The notes under the pieces: model-generated | Seen by the model: only the letters and a program-made list of their open reading frames with translations | What the model was told of the DNA's origin: nothing | Database searches by the model: none | Shown here: one piece after another, positions 37,737 through 48,781 of the stretch | Layout of the letters: the number at the start of each line of letters is the position of its first letter | Numbering within the stretch: position 1 is the stretch's first letter | Source of the DNA: Acidobacteriota bacterium | GTDB taxonomy: Bacteria > Acidobacteriota > Thermoanaerobaculia > Gp7-AA8 | Assembly: GCA_019244185.1 (NCBI GenBank) | Contig: JAFATB010000019.1 | Span: 128,001-192,000, forward strand | Direction: 5' to 3' | DNA: 64,000 bases | Made by a program: the position numbers and the translations under genes

Positions 37737-39684
37737 CTTTGTCGAGGAGGCCGGCGGACGCGACGGCGGCGAGATACGCCTCGACGTCGGCGAGCTTCAC
37801 GTCGTCCACGCTGTAGATCGCCGCGAGGGCGTCGCGCACTTCCGAGGTCGTGCGCGTGCCGTCGACGAGATTCAGCGCCTCGTAGCGCAGCTCCGCGTCG
37901 AGTTGCAGCGGCTGCGTGACGCCGTGATCGGCGAGGTAGTCGTAGCCGAACGTGTCGAGCGGACCGCGCACTTTCGTCGAACGCCGATACACGACGCCGC
38001 TGCCGCGCGCCGGCGCTTTCGGATTGCCGAGCACCGCCGCGAGATTCGTGAGAAACGCCGCCGACTCTTTGCGCACGTCGGACGGCGCGTCGAAGAAACG
38101 CGCGAACGAATCGAACATCGCGCGCTCGTACCAGAGCTCGAACGACCGCGTGCCTTTGCGCAGCGACGTCGCGGCGCGTTCGAGCGCGTGCGTCTCGACG
38201 ACGTTCGCGAGCGTGCGCGCGTCGCTCGCGTCGATGCGCGCCAGGACGTAGCCGCTCGCCGCGGCGATGAAGCCCGCGCGCGCGAGCTTGGTGGGATCGA
38301 TGTTCGCCGGCACGTCGAAGTTCGTATGGATGTAGCGGTCGGGCCAGTCGTTGAGATAGATCGCCGGGATCGCGTACGTGCGGTCGCTGTATACCTGATG
38401 ATCGCTGCCGAGCGTGAGCGGCACGAACGACGCCTGCAACGCTTCCTTCCCGCCTTCCGGCGCGACGAGCGGCCAGCGCGCGACGCCGGTGCTCGCGAAC
38501 GCATCCGACTGTTCGTTGACCAGCATGCCGATCGTCTGCGCGATGTCGTAGATGAACGACGGCTGGCTCGATGGACCGCGCGTCACGTGAAAGATCGCCT
38601 TCGTCACCGGGCCGCCGCCGACCATGTCGAGATGGATCGCCGCCTTGATGCGCGCGGCGAGCTCGGGACGTCCGGCGAGCAGCGCGTGCGTGCCTTCGAT
38701 CTCCGGCGGATAGACGAAGCGGATCGTGCGGCGCGGCGGCGCGAGGCGTTTCTCGGCGATGAGCTTCGAGAGCGTGCGTGCGATCTCGAGCGTCGTCGCG
38801 CAGCCGCTCGCGTTGTCGTTCGCGCCGGGATGCGGATGATCGAGATGACAACTGAAGACGATCTCTTCGTTCGTCGTTCCGGGAATCGTGGCCGTGGCGA
38901 TGTCGTACGCGCCCGGCTCCTGCGCCGCGTCGACGACCGCGTGCATGCGGATCGTCTCGCCGTGCGCGAGCCGCTGCTGCAGCGCGCGTGCGGTCTTGAG
39001 CGACACCATGAACGCGAACGTCTTGAACGGCGCGAACGTCTCGAGGTGTCCCCAGCGCACGAGGTTCTCGTCCTCGCCCCACCACGCGGTCTTCTGGTTC
39101 TGCGCGTAGCTGACGATGCCGGCCGCGCCGTACTTCGCGACCGCGAGCGGCGCGACCGCGCCCGGTTGCGCCGATGCGAGGACGAGCTTTCCGCGCACGT
39201 CTTTGTTCGCGTAATCCGACTCGTGCGTGCCTTCGCCGCAGTCGACGAGCGTCGTCGTGACGTCGGCGCTCGTGCTGTCCTGCGCGAGCGTGATCGGCTC
39301 CGCGTCCCAGCTCGCGTAACGCACGACGTTCGCGCCGCTCGCATCGACTTCCCACAGCTCCGCGAAGTTCGCGTTCCACGCGGGGCGCGAGCGCTGCGTG
39401 CCGTAGAAGAGCGTGCCGTCGGCCGGGAACGACTCGAGGTGCGCGTCGGCGAGTCCGTAGCGCTTCAGCTCCGCGACGATCTGCTCCGCGGTCGCGCGAA
39501 ATCCACGCGAGCCACGCATGCGGTGCTGGCGCGAGAAGCCTTCGAGATTGCGCTTCGCCGACTCGCCGGAGATCTCCGACGCGAGCGCGGAGACTTCCTT
39601 GTCCGTCAGAAACGGCAGCGTGTCGGCGGCGAGCTGTGTGGCGGCGAGAGCGAGCGACAGCGTTGCGATCGCGATCCTGATCAT
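37726..39684 (-). CDS. M28-family peptidase with PA-like insert (DUF4910-like)
   Basis: signal peptide, CHLDH, GANDNASG, LDMVG, GSDH, YIHT. Confidence 0.85.
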   Translation of the reverse strand: MIRIAIATLSLALAATQLAADTLPFLTDKEVSALASEISGESAKRNLEGFSRQHRMRGSRGFRATAEQIVAELKRYGLADAHLESFPADGTLFYGTQRSRPAWNANFAELWEVDASGANVVRYASWDAEPITLAQDSTSADVTTTLVDCGEGTHESDYANKDVRGKLVLASAQPGAVAPLAVAKYGAAGIVSYAQNQKTAWWGEDENLVRWGHLETFAPFKTFAFMVSLKTARALQQRLAHGETIRMHAVVDAAQEPGAYDIATATIPGTTNEEIVFSCHLDHPHPGANDNASGCATTLEIARTLSKLIAEKRLAPPRRTIRFVYPPEIEGTHALLAGRPELAARIKAAIHLDMVGGGPVTKAIFHVTRGPSSQPSFIYDIAQTIGMLVNEQSDAFASTGVARWPLVAPEGGKEALQASFVPLTLGSDHQVYSDRTYAIPAIYLNDWPDRYIHTNFDVPANIDPTKLARAGFIAAASGYVLARIDASDARTLANVVETHALERAATSLRKGTRSFELWYERAMFDSFARFFDAPSDVRKESAAFLTNLAAVLGNPKAPARGSGVVYRRSTKVRGPLDTFGYDYLADHGVTQPLQLDAELRYEALNLVDGTRTTSEVRDALAAIYSVDDVKLADVEAYLAAVASAGLLDKVSP

Positions 39685-40781
39685 CAAGTCCGGTAGAGCG
39701 CGGCGCCCCAATGCAGTCCCGAGCCGAGCGCCGTGAAGCAGACCAGCATGCCCGGTTTGATACGGCCGTCCGCGAGGCACTCGTGGAAGAGGATCGGCAG
39801 CGTGCCCGCGGTCGTGTTGCCGTAGCGCTCGATGTTGTGCGGCACTTTCTCCGCCGGCAGTCCGAGCTGCTTCGCAACGCCTTCGACGATGCGCAGGTTC
39901 GCCTGATGGATGAGCAGCAGGTCGATCTGCGACGGCTCGACGCCCGCGGACGCGCAGACCTCGCGCACCGACTCCGGCATCTTCGACACCGCCTGCTTGA
40001 AGACCTCGCGCCCTTCCATCACCGGGATGTACTCGCTCGCGTCGATCTGCGCGCGATCGACGAACGGACGCCGCCGGAAGCCGACGCCGGGAACGTAAAG
40101 CGCCTCGATGTTCGAGCCGTTCGTGTAGAGCTTCGCGGCGAGAAAGCCGCGCGCGTCATCGTCCGACGCTTCGACGACGACGGCACCCGCGCCATCCCCA
40201 AAGAGTACGGTTCGGTCGCGGATCTTCGTATTCTCCGCGTACTCCTCCGGCGTCGCCTCGCGGTCGCTGCGCCCGATCGTCGCGTCCCAGTTGTTGTGCC
40301 ACGGCATGAACGGCGTGTGCACGTCCGCGCCGACGAGAAGCAGGCGCTGGTACTTGCCGCTGCGGATCAGCGAGTCGGCGAGATCGAGTCCGTACAGAAA
40401 CCCCGAGCACTGCTGCCGGATGTCGAAGGTCGGCATCGACTCGCGCAGCCCCATCTTCGCCTGCAGCACCGGACCATTTCCCGGGAAGAAGTGATCGGGC
40501 GTCATCGTGGCGAAGATGACGGCGTCGAGCTCCTCTTTCGTGCGACCCGCCTTCGCGAGCGCACCCTCGGCGGCGATGCGCCCGAGGTCCGTCGAGCCGG
40601 TGCCGGGATTGACGTAGTGGCGCTGCTCGACGCCGCTGCGCGTGCGGATCCATTCGTCCGACGTGTCCATGATCTTCGCGAGCGCGTCGTTCTTCACGAC
40701 GTTCTGCCCGACGGCGATGCCGGTGCCGGTGATGACGGATTTCACGCTCTTCACGGACGTCACAATGCCGCGATCATGCAT
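39684..40781 (-). CDS. fabH: beta-ketoacyl-ACP synthase III family
   Basis: TSDEWI, QQCSGF, FGDGAG, HQAN, YGNT; start uncertain (40763 possible). Confidence 0.88.
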   Translation of the reverse strand: MHDRGIVTSVKSVKSVITGTGIAVGQNVVKNDALAKIMDTSDEWIRTRSGVEQRHYVNPGTGSTDLGRIAAEGALAKAGRTKEELDAVIFATMTPDHFFPGNGPVLQAKMGLRESMPTFDIRQQCSGFLYGLDLADSLIRSGKYQRLLLVGADVHTPFMPWHNNWDATIGRSDREATPEEYAENTKIRDRTVLFGDGAGAVVVEASDDDARGFLAAKLYTNGSNIEALYVPGVGFRRRPFVDRAQIDASEYIPVMEGREVFKQAVSKMPESVREVCASAGVEPSQIDLLLIHQANLRIVEGVAKQLGLPAEKVPHNIERYGNTTAGTLPILFHECLADGRIKPGMLVCFTALGSGLHWGAALYRT

Positions 40782-41655
40782 CGTGCTTCGCGGTGAGCGC
40801 AAGCAACTCGTCGGCGCCAAACTGGTACTTGCGTCCGCAGAACTGGCACACGACTTCGGTGCCGCCTTCGTCGATCATCTCGCGCAGGTCGTCGTCGCCC
40901 AGGAGCGCGAGCGGCGCGAGCGCGCGATCGCGCGTGCACTGGCAGGTGTAGCTCACCGGAATCGTGTAGCCCGCATCGATCTGCTTGTAGTTGACGCCGT
41001 GCAGCACCGTCGCGACGACGTCTTCGATCGGCAGCTTCTCGAGCAGCGTCGACAGCGGCGGCGCTTCTTTGATGCGCTGTTCGATCGCGGCGATCGCTTC
41101 TTCGGTCGCGTGCGGAAACGCCTGAATCACGATGCCGCCCGCGGAGGCGACGCCGTCGCGGCGATTGAGCACGCCGAGGAGCACGGCGGAGGCGATCTGC
41201 TCGGAGCGCATGAGGTAACGCGTGATGTCCGTCGCGATGCCGTTGCCGCCCAGAAGTATCTGCGACGTGTACGGCTTTCCGGCAGGAGGCGTTCCCCGGA
41301 TGACGGTGAGACTGCCGTTGCCGATGGCGCTGTCGGCGTCGAGCAGCGGATCGTCGGGAACGGGGTTGGCGACGTAGCCGCGCACGTTGCCGCCGACGCT
41401 GCCGTCCGCGATGACGGTGCCGAGCGGCCCGTTGCCTTCGAAGCGCAGCGTGACGTACTGATTGCGCACGTCTTTGTCGAGCAGACGCGCGAGCAGGAGC
41501 GAGCCGGTCATGGCGCGGCCGAGCGCATCGGCGGCGACGGGAGAGAGGTCGAGGATCTCGCGCGCGGTCTCGACGGCGGTGGTCGTCTGCGCGGCGATGA
41601 CGCGGAAGTGGCCATCGACGGCCATACCCTGGATGAGGCGGTCGTGTTCTAGCAT
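40774..41655 (-). CDS. hslO: redox-regulated chaperone Hsp33
   Basis: GNGPLG, VRGYV, SEQI, CxC...CxxC (CQC, CQFC). Confidence 0.93.
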   Translation of the reverse strand: MLEHDRLIQGMAVDGHFRVIAAQTTTAVETAREILDLSPVAADALGRAMTGSLLLARLLDKDVRNQYVTLRFEGNGPLGTVIADGSVGGNVRGYVANPVPDDPLLDADSAIGNGSLTVIRGTPPAGKPYTSQILLGGNGIATDITRYLMRSEQIASAVLLGVLNRRDGVASAGGIVIQAFPHATEEAIAAIEQRIKEAPPLSTLLEKLPIEDVVATVLHGVNYKQIDAGYTIPVSYTCQCTRDRALAPLALLGDDDLREMIDEGGTEVVCQFCGRKYQFGADELLALTAKHDA

Positions 41656-41674
41656 TGGAACGGGAAAAACGCCG

Positions 41675-41690
41675 CGGCGCGCACATTGCT
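41675..41690 (+). promoter_or_regulatory. sigma54-like promoter candidate
   Basis: CGGCGCG-caca-TTGCT, GG-N10-GC spacing, 14 nt before ATG 41704. Confidence 0.45.
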
Positions 41691-41703
41691 TCCTCCCGAA
41701 TCC

Positions 41704-42078
41704 ATGCGAACTGTGCTGCTTTCTCTGCTGCTCGTCGTCGCGGCCTGCAAGGTCGATGAGAAAGGCAACGTCAAGCCGAGTGCGGAGACGCAGACGGCGA
41801 CGGCGGCCGCGAAGGAAAACGCGAAGGAGCTCGGCGACGACCTCCAGAAAAGCACGAAGGACGCGATCACGTCCGACGCCGGCCAGCGCGTGATCGCGCA
41901 GACGAAGGACGTCGCGCGCCAGGCCGAACACGCCGCGGGCGTTGCCGCCGAGGAAACCGGCGAGGCGCTGGCGCAGAAAGGACGCGACGCGCAGAACAAC
42001 GCGCAACAGCACGCGCCCGCCACCGCCACCTCGGGAACAGTGGTCACCACGACGACGGTTACCACCACGTCGCACTGA
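41704..42078 (+). CDS. putative lipoprotein, hydrophilic/LEA-like
   Basis: lipobox VAAC; A/K/E/Q/T-rich body. Confidence 0.75.
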   Translation: MRTVLLSLLLVVAACKVDEKGNVKPSAETQTATAAAKENAKELGDDLQKSTKDAITSDAGQRVIAQTKDVARQAEHAAGVAAEETGEALAQKGRDAQNNAQQHAPATATSGTVVTTTTVTTTSH

Positions 42079-42133
42079 GCATCACCGCCGCGGATTTGCT
42101 TTATTCTTCGCCGCTGGAGGGTCCCGAAAGAAA

Positions 42134-44083
42134 TTGACCACGACCGCCGACATCCTCGAGGCGCAGAAAAAAGAGTGGAGCGTCGACGACGCGGTCTCGC
42201 TCTACATGATCGATCGCTGGGGCGCGGACTATTTCGACGTCGCGCCGAGCGGTGAGGTGACGGTTTCCCCGCTGCAGCAACGCGGCATTGCCGTGCCCAT
42301 CATCGACGTCGTCCGCGCGGCGCGGGAGACGATGAATCTCTCGACGCCGATCCTGGTGCGCTTTCAGGACCTGCTGCGCCATCGCGTGGAGATGCTCAAT
42401 CAGGCGTTCCGCAAAGCGATCCGCGAGAACAACTATCGCGGCGACTATCGCGGCGTCTTTCCCATCAAGGTCAATCAGCTGCGCGAAGTGGTCGAGGAGA
42501 TCCTCGACGCGGGCCGCCCGTTCCACCACGGCGTGGAAGTCGGCTCGAAGCCGGAGATGTTCGCCGGCCTCGCCGTCCACACCGATCCCGAGTCGATCAT
42601 CATCTGCAACGGCTACAAGGATCGCGCGTACATCCGCATGGCCCTCCTCGGGCGCAAGCTCGGCAAGAAGGTGATCCTCGTGGCGGAGAAGATCTCCGAG
42701 GTCGCCATGATCGTGAAGATCGCCGCCGAGATGGGCGTGGAGCCGTGGATCGGTCTGCGCGTGCGCCTGCTCTCGAAAGGCGCGGGCAAGTGGGCGACCT
42801 CCGGCGGCGAGCACGCGAAGTTCGGTCTCTCGACCGCCGAGATCCTGGAGGCGATGGAGATCATGCGCGAGGCGAACATGGCCTCCGCGTTCAAGCTCCT
42901 GCACTTCCACATCGGCTCGCAGATCCCCGACATCCTCACGATCAAACGCGCCGTCCGCGAGGCGGCGATGTATTACGCGAAGCTGTACAAGAGCGGCCAG
43001 AAGCTCGAGTACGTCGACGTCGGCGGCGGTCTGGCCATCGACTACGACGGCTCGCGCTCCACGTTCCACTCGTCGATGAACTACACCGTCGAGGAGTACG
43101 CGGCCGACATCGTCTACAACATCATGGACGTCTGCGACGACGAGAAGGTGCCGCATCCGGTCATCGTCTCGGAGTCCGGCCGCGCGACGGTCGCGCATCA
43201 CTCCGTGCTCGTCGTGCAGGCCTTCGCGGCGATCGAGAAGACGCCGCTCGAGTCGCGCGAGATCCGCGCGCGCGATCACAAGCTCGTGCGCGAGCTGATC
43301 GACATCGACGGCTCGCTCTCCGAGGACAACGTGCAGTCGGCGTGGCACGACCTGCAGCAGATCAAAGAGCAGGCGCAGACGATGTTCGAGCTCGGCCTGC
43401 TCGACCTCGATGTCAAAGCGAGAGTCGAGTCGCTGTACTGGGAAGTCGCCGAGCGCATGCAGAAGCTCGTGCGCACGATGGAGCCGGGCGAGGTGCCCGA
43501 GGATCTCGTGAACCTCAACATCGAGCTCGCCGATCAGCACATCTGCAACTTCTCGGTCTTCCAGTCGCTGCTCGATCACTGGGCGCTGGGCCAGCTGTTC
43601 CCGATCGTGCCCATTCATCGGCTGAACGAACGTCCGCAGCTGGAGTCGACGCTGGTCGACATCACGTGCGACTCCGACGGCAAGGTCTCGAAGTTCATCG
43701 ACCTCAACGACGTCCGCGAGACGCTCCCGCTCCACGAGATTCGCGCGGACGAGCCCTACTACCTCGGCATCTTCCTCACCGGCGCCTATCAGGACATCAT
43801 GGGCGACATCCACAATCTCTTCGGCCGCGTGAACGAGGTGCACGTGTTCCTCGATCCGGACGAAGACGCGGGCTTCTACATCGAGGAAGAGATCCCCGGC
43901 CAGCCGATCGGCGAAGTGCTCGCCATGACGCAATGGGACTGGCGCGATCTCGAGAAGCGGATGAAGCAGCAGATCGACGTCGCCATCAAACAGGATCGCG
44001 TGAAGCCGACCGAGGGCATGCGCCTGCTGCAGGATTACGAGCGCGGCCTCAAGGACCAGACGTACCTCACCTTCGATTCATAG
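42134..44083 (+). CDS. speA: biosynthetic arginine decarboxylase
   Basis: FPIKVNQ (PLP Lys), GSKPE, CNGYKD, HFHIGSQI, ESGRA, TCDSDG, GAYQ; TTG start after GGAGG. Confidence 0.95.
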   Translation: MTTTADILEAQKKEWSVDDAVSLYMIDRWGADYFDVAPSGEVTVSPLQQRGIAVPIIDVVRAARETMNLSTPILVRFQDLLRHRVEMLNQAFRKAIRENNYRGDYRGVFPIKVNQLREVVEEILDAGRPFHHGVEVGSKPEMFAGLAVHTDPESIIICNGYKDRAYIRMALLGRKLGKKVILVAEKISEVAMIVKIAAEMGVEPWIGLRVRLLSKGAGKWATSGGEHAKFGLSTAEILEAMEIMREANMASAFKLLHFHIGSQIPDILTIKRAVREAAMYYAKLYKSGQKLEYVDVGGGLAIDYDGSRSTFHSSMNYTVEEYAADIVYNIMDVCDDEKVPHPVIVSESGRATVAHHSVLVVQAFAAIEKTPLESREIRARDHKLVRELIDIDGSLSEDNVQSAWHDLQQIKEQAQTMFELGLLDLDVKARVESLYWEVAERMQKLVRTMEPGEVPEDLVNLNIELADQHICNFSVFQSLLDHWALGQLFPIVPIHRLNERPQLESTLVDITCDSDGKVSKFIDLNDVRETLPLHEIRADEPYYLGIFLTGAYQDIMGDIHNLFGRVNEVHVFLDPDEDAGFYIEEEIPGQPIGEVLAMTQWDWRDLEKRMKQQIDVAIKQDRVKPTEGMRLLQDYERGLKDQTYLTFDS

Positions 44084-44093
44084 GAGCACTATC

Positions 44094-45023
44094 ATGCGGA
44101 AGACGTTTCTCGTCACGCTGTCCCTCTTGTGCGCGTACGCCACGCACGCGTTCGCTGCGACCGAGGCGCGCCTCAGCGGCGCGATCGTCGACGCGGCCAC
44201 GAAACAACCGATCCCCGACGCGACCATCACGCTCGACGCGATGGAAGTGAAGAAGGTGCATCAGTCGTCGAAGGCGAAGAAGGACGGCTCGTACGCGATC
44301 TTCGTGCTCGACGGCACCATCCGCTACAAGTTCACCGTCGCCGCGCCCGGCTACGCGACGTTCACCGACGAAGGGAAGCTGAAGCTCGGCGAGACGACGA
44401 AGCGCGACTTCGAGCTCGTGAAAGCAGGCGACGCCGTACCCGCGTCGACAGCGGCGGCCACTCCGCCGAAGAATGAGCCGGGCGTCACGGAGTACAACGA
44501 AGGTGCGGCGCTCGCGAACGCGGGCGACATCGCCGGCGCCACCGAGAAGTTCAAAGCGGCCGTCGCCGCGAAGCCGGAGCTCTATCCCGCCTGGAGCGCG
44601 CTCGCGAAGATGCAACTGCGCCAGAGCCACTACGCCGACGCGATCGCCGCCGCGAACAAGGTCCTCGAGATCGACGACACGGACGCGGAGATGCTGTCCG
44701 TCCTCGTGCAGGCATACACGGCCACCGGCGACAAGGCCAAAGCCGCCGAAGCGCAGAAGAAGCTGCCCGCCAACGCGTCGTCGCTCTTCAACGACGCCGC
44801 GCATTTCATCAACAGCAACAACGACGCGGCCGCCGAGCCGCTGCTCAAACAGGCCATCGGCATCGATCCCAATTTCGCGCAGGCGTACTTCGAGCTGGGG
44901 ATGATCTACGCCCGCGCGAGCAAAAACGCGGAGGCGAAGCAGAATCTCGAGACGTACCTGAAGCTCGCGCCGGACGGCAAGGACGCCGCGTCCGCGAAGG
45001 AAATGCTGGGCTACCTCAAGTGA
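44094..45023 (+). CDS. secreted carboxypeptidase-regulatory-like domain plus TPR protein
   Basis: signal peptide, SGAIVDAAT..PIPDATI, TPRs, YLKLAPDG. Confidence 0.85.
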   Translation: MRKTFLVTLSLLCAYATHAFAATEARLSGAIVDAATKQPIPDATITLDAMEVKKVHQSSKAKKDGSYAIFVLDGTIRYKFTVAAPGYATFTDEGKLKLGETTKRDFELVKAGDAVPASTAAATPPKNEPGVTEYNEGAALANAGDIAGATEKFKAAVAAKPELYPAWSALAKMQLRQSHYADAIAAANKVLEIDDTDAEMLSVLVQAYTATGDKAKAAEAQKKLPANASSLFNDAAHFINSNNDAAAEPLLKQAIGIDPNFAQAYFELGMIYARASKNAEAKQNLETYLKLAPDGKDAASAKEMLGYLK

Positions 45024-45048
45024 GATCGCAGGCGATTGCGGGCGTAAG

Positions 45049-45214
45049 CCGACCGGGAGCGCCTCCGGCGGGGCGGCGCGGCCGCCAGCGCTAAGGGCTT
45101 AGCCAGTACGCACGTGCGGCTGCCGTCAACGACGTTAACCGCGACCGCACGTGCGTCTAGGCTAGGCCCTTAGCTCAGGCGGCCGTACCGCCCCGCCGGA
45201 GGCGCTATCGGTCG
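45049..45214. repeat. ~165 bp palindromic repeat, copy 2
   Basis: homologous to 1865-2033 including two CGCACGTGCG boxes; right arm overlaps the maeB stop. Confidence 0.9.
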
Positions 45215-47472
45215 TTCTCCAGTCGCTGCGCGTCGATCACCGCGATGGCGGCCATGTTGACGATGTCGTTCACGTCGACGCCGCGTTGCAGGACGTGAAC
45301 GGGTTTCGCGATGCCCTGGAGAATCGGCCCGATCACCTCGGCGCCGGAGAGGCGCCAGAGCAGCTTGTACGCGGCGTTCGCGGCGTCGAGGTTCGCGAAA
45401 ACCAGCACGTTCGCGTCGCCCTGGATCGCGCTCCACGGGTAGTCGGTTTGCGCGATCTCGGGAGTGACGGCGGTGTCGGCTTGCATCTCGCCTTCGACGA
45501 TGAGATCGGGGCGGCGCTTGCGCAGGATCTCGACGGCATCGCGGACTTTCTCGGCGCCCGGATCCTTCGTCGAGCCGAAGTTCGAGAACGAGATCATCGC
45601 GATGCGCGGCTCGAGGTGGAAGCGCTTCGCCGTCTCGGCGGTCTGCTCGGCGATCTCCGCGAGCGTCTCGCTGTCGGGATCGATGTTCACCGTCGTATCC
45701 GCGAGCACCAGCATGCGGTTCTTGAACATCAGGAGGTAGGCGCCGGAGACGTGGCGCACGGTCGGGCGCGTCTTCACGATCTGCAGCGCCGGTTTGATGG
45801 TGGCGGGATAGAAGGCGCGAAGGCCGGAAATCACGCCGTCCGCATCGCCGCATTCGAGCATCATCATCGCGAAGTAATTCCGGCTGTTGAGGATCTTGCG
45901 CGCGTCGGAGAGTGTGATCCCGTGGCGGCGGCGCAGCTCGTGGAAGCGCTGCACGTAGCGCGGCAGATCGGGCGCGTGATTGATGTCGATGATCGTGATC
46001 TTCGACTCCTCGACGTGATACTTCGCGAGGATCGGCAGGAGCTCCTCGCGTCGGCCGAGGAGGATCGGGAACGCCAGACCTTCATCGACGAGGATCTTCG
46101 CGGCGCGGACGATCTTCTCCTGATCGCCCTCGGGGAACACGATGCGTTTCGGATCCTGGCGCGCGCGCGAGTAGAGCTCGTGCATCAGACCGCGCGAGCG
46201 GCCGAGCATGTGCTCGAGGCGGCGGCGGTACTCGCCGTAGTCGGTGATCGGCTGCTGTGCGACACCGGTCTCCGCGGCCGCGCGCGCGACCGCGACGGGC
46301 ACGTTGAGCAGCACGCGATAGTCGAACGGCTTCGGGATCAGGTACTCGCGTCCGAAGGCGATGCCGTCCTTGCCGTACGCGCGCAGGACAGAGTCGGGGA
46401 CGTCTTCCTTCGCCAGCTCGGCGAGCGCGCGCGACGCGGCGAGCTTCATCTCGTCGTTGATCGTCGTGGCGCGGCAGTCGAGCGCGCCGCGGAAGATGAA
46501 TGGAAACCCAAGGACATTGTTGACCTGGTTCGGGTAGTCGGAGCGGCCCGTGGCCATGATCACGTCGGGGCGCGCGGAGACGGCCTCGTCGTAGCCGATC
46601 TCCGGAGTCGGGTTCGCCATCGCGAACACGATCGGATCGTTCGCCATCGAGCGGATCATGTCCTGCGTCACGATCCCGCCGGCGGAGAGGCCGATGAAGA
46701 CGTCGGAGCCTTTGAACGCGTCGGCGAGCGTGCGGCGATCCGTCTCGACCGCGAACTCCTCCTTGTACGCCGTCATGTCTTCCGTCCGGCCTTTGTAGAT
46801 GATGCCGTGGCGGTCGACGAGCAAGGCGTTTTCCTTCCGCAGACCGAGCTTCACGTAGAGGCGCAGGCACGCCATCGCCGCGGCGCCCGCGCCGGAGATC
46901 ACCATCTTCACATCTTCGATCTTCTTGCCGGCCACTTCGAGCGCGTTGATCAGCGCGGCGGCGGAGATGATCGCGGTGCCGTGCTGGTCGTCGTGGAAGA
47001 CGGGGATGTTCATCTCCGCCTTCAGCCGCTCCTCGATCTCGAAGCACTCCGGCGCGGCGATGTCCTCGAGGTTGATCCCGCCGAACGTCGGCTCGAGCAG
47101 TTTCACCGCGCGAATGAACTCCTCGGTATCGCGCGTGTCGAGCTCGAGATCGAACACGTCGATGTCGGCGAAGCGCTTGAAGAGCACGCCTTTGCCTTCC
47201 ATCACCGGCTTGCCGGCGGCGGCGCCGATGTTCCCGAGTCCGAGGACAGCGGTGCCGTTCGTGATCACGGCGACGAGATTGCCTTTCGCGGTGTACTTGT
47301 AGACGTCCGCGGGATTCGCGGCGATGTCGAGGCAGGGAGCGGCGACGCCGGGCGTATAGGCGAGCGAGAGGTCGCGTTGCGTGGCGGTCGGCTTCGACGG
47401 CACCACCTCGATCTTTCCGGGACGTCCGCTCGCATGGTAGTCGAGGGCTTCGTCGCGGCTGTTGTCCGGCAT
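45205..47472 (-). CDS. maeB: NADP-dependent malic enzyme with PTA-like C-terminal domain
   Basis: [49 protein letters not shown]. Confidence 0.96.
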   Translation of the reverse strand: MPDNSRDEALDYHASGRPGKIEVVPSKPTATQRDLSLAYTPGVAAPCLDIAANPADVYKYTAKGNLVAVITNGTAVLGLGNIGAAAGKPVMEGKGVLFKRFADIDVFDLELDTRDTEEFIRAVKLLEPTFGGINLEDIAAPECFEIEERLKAEMNIPVFHDDQHGTAIISAAALINALEVAGKKIEDVKMVISGAGAAAMACLRLYVKLGLRKENALLVDRHGIIYKGRTEDMTAYKEEFAVETDRRTLADAFKGSDVFIGLSAGGIVTQDMIRSMANDPIVFAMANPTPEIGYDEAVSARPDVIMATGRSDYPNQVNNVLGFPFIFRGALDCRATTINDEMKLAASRALAELAKEDVPDSVLRAYGKDGIAFGREYLIPKPFDYRVLLNVPVAVARAAAETGVAQQPITDYGEYRRRLEHMLGRSRGLMHELYSRARQDPKRIVFPEGDQEKIVRAAKILVDEGLAFPILLGRREELLPILAKYHVEESKITIIDINHAPDLPRYVQRFHELRRRHGITLSDARKILNSRNYFAMMMLECGDADGVISGLRAFYPATIKPALQIVKTRPTVRHVSGAYLLMFKNRMLVLADTTVNIDPDSETLAEIAEQTAETAKRFHLEPRIAMISFSNFGSTKDPGAEKVRDAVEILRKRRPDLIVEGEMQADTAVTPEIAQTDYPWSAIQGDANVLVFANLDAANAAYKLLWRLSGAEVIGPILQGIAKPVHVLQRGVDVNDIVNMAAIAVIDAQRLENDR

Positions 47473-47504
47473 GGCGTCTCCTTCGGCGCGGAGTGTATCT
47501 GAAG

Positions 47505-47539
47505 GCGAAACGAGAACGGCGGCCCGAAGGCCGCCGTTC
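47505..47539 (-). terminator. terminator hairpin after secF
   Basis: 11-bp GC stem with cUUCGg loop followed by TCGTTTC on the minus strand. Confidence 0.65.
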
Positions 47540-47563
47540 GTGTGGGGAGGGCTGTGGAGTTCG

Positions 47564-48763
47564 TCAGCTCGCCTTGCGCTTGCGCGCGGCGGGCTCGATG
47601 CGCGTCGGCTCGGGACGCACCGGCGCGGCAGCGGCGCGCTTCGACGTCCAGCGATCGAGGCCGACCGCGACGGCGGGAACGATGAGCAGCGTCGAGTACG
47701 TACCGGAGATGACGCCCATGAGCAGGATCCAGGCGAAGCCGCGGATGACGTCGCCGCCGAAGGCGATCAGCGCGACCAGGACGAGGAACACGGAGCCGCT
47801 GGTGAGGATCGTTCGCGACAGCGTCTGGTTGATGGCCAGGTCGAGGTGCTCGGCGAGCGGCATCGGCTTCTTGATCTTGCGCTTGTTCTCGCGCACGCGG
47901 TCGTACATGACCACCGTGTCGTTGATCGAGTAGCCGACGATCATGAGCAACGCGGCCACGATGTTCAGCGAGAACTCGAGGCGCATGAAGAGCATGAACG
48001 AGAGCGCGATGGCGACGTCGTGGATGATGCAGGCGACGGCGCCGAGGCCGAAGGTGAGGTCGGCGAAACGGAACCAGATGTAGAGACCCATCGCCAGCGA
48101 CGAGAGGATGATCGCAATGAGCGCCTTCCGCTGCAGCTCGCTGCCGACCTGCGGACCGACCGTTTCCTGATTGAGGATGTTGAACGCGCCGGCGAACGTC
48201 TTCTCATTGAGGACGCGCGCGTCGTTCGCGGTGATGCCCGCGGTGCTCGTGGCGTCCTGCAGCGTCTTGAAGATGCCGATCGACGAGCGCTTCTCGATGA
48301 CCTTCCGCGCGAGCTGATCGTAGTACGCGACCGCGGCGGGGTTCGTGCCGCGGTTGTCCGGATCGAGCTGCTTGAAGAGGCCGGAGAGGCGATCGGCGCC
48401 GTAGTAGTTGAGGTCGAGCTTCGAGGCCGCTTCCGGATTCATGTCGCGGTGCAGGCTCTCGGTGATCTGGCCGGCGTAGTCGGTCTCGCGCTTCTGCTCG
48501 GGGAGGCGGATGAGCAGCGCGCGGTTGTCGGGCGTGCCGTACTGCTGGATCGTGGCGTCGGGGAAGCGTCCGCGGAGCTGCGCGATCGGCGGCGCGTCCT
48601 TGAACTTGAGCGTGATCGCGGCGCCGCCGGCGAAGTCGATGCCCCAGTTCACGCCCCAGATGAAGTAGGCGACGATGCCGGCCAGGACGAACACCGCGGA
48701 GACCGCGACGCCCTTCCAGCGGTGCTTGACGAACTTGTAGTCGGGATTGACGAAAATCTGCAT
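47564..48763 (-). CDS. secF: protein translocase subunit SecF
   Basis: [38 protein letters not shown]. Confidence 0.96.
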   Translation of the reverse strand: MQIFVNPDYKFVKHRWKGVAVSAVFVLAGIVAYFIWGVNWGIDFAGGAAITLKFKDAPPIAQLRGRFPDATIQQYGTPDNRALLIRLPEQKRETDYAGQITESLHRDMNPEAASKLDLNYYGADRLSGLFKQLDPDNRGTNPAAVAYYDQLARKVIEKRSSIGIFKTLQDATSTAGITANDARVLNEKTFAGAFNILNQETVGPQVGSELQRKALIAIILSSLAMGLYIWFRFADLTFGLGAVACIIHDVAIALSFMLFMRLEFSLNIVAALLMIVGYSINDTVVMYDRVRENKRKIKKPMPLAEHLDLAINQTLSRTILTSGSVFLVLVALIAFGGDVIRGFAWILLMGVISGTYSTLLIVPAVAVGLDRWTSKRAAAAPVRPEPTRIEPAARKRKAS

Positions 48764-48781
48764 GGTGGTCTCCTCGTCCGC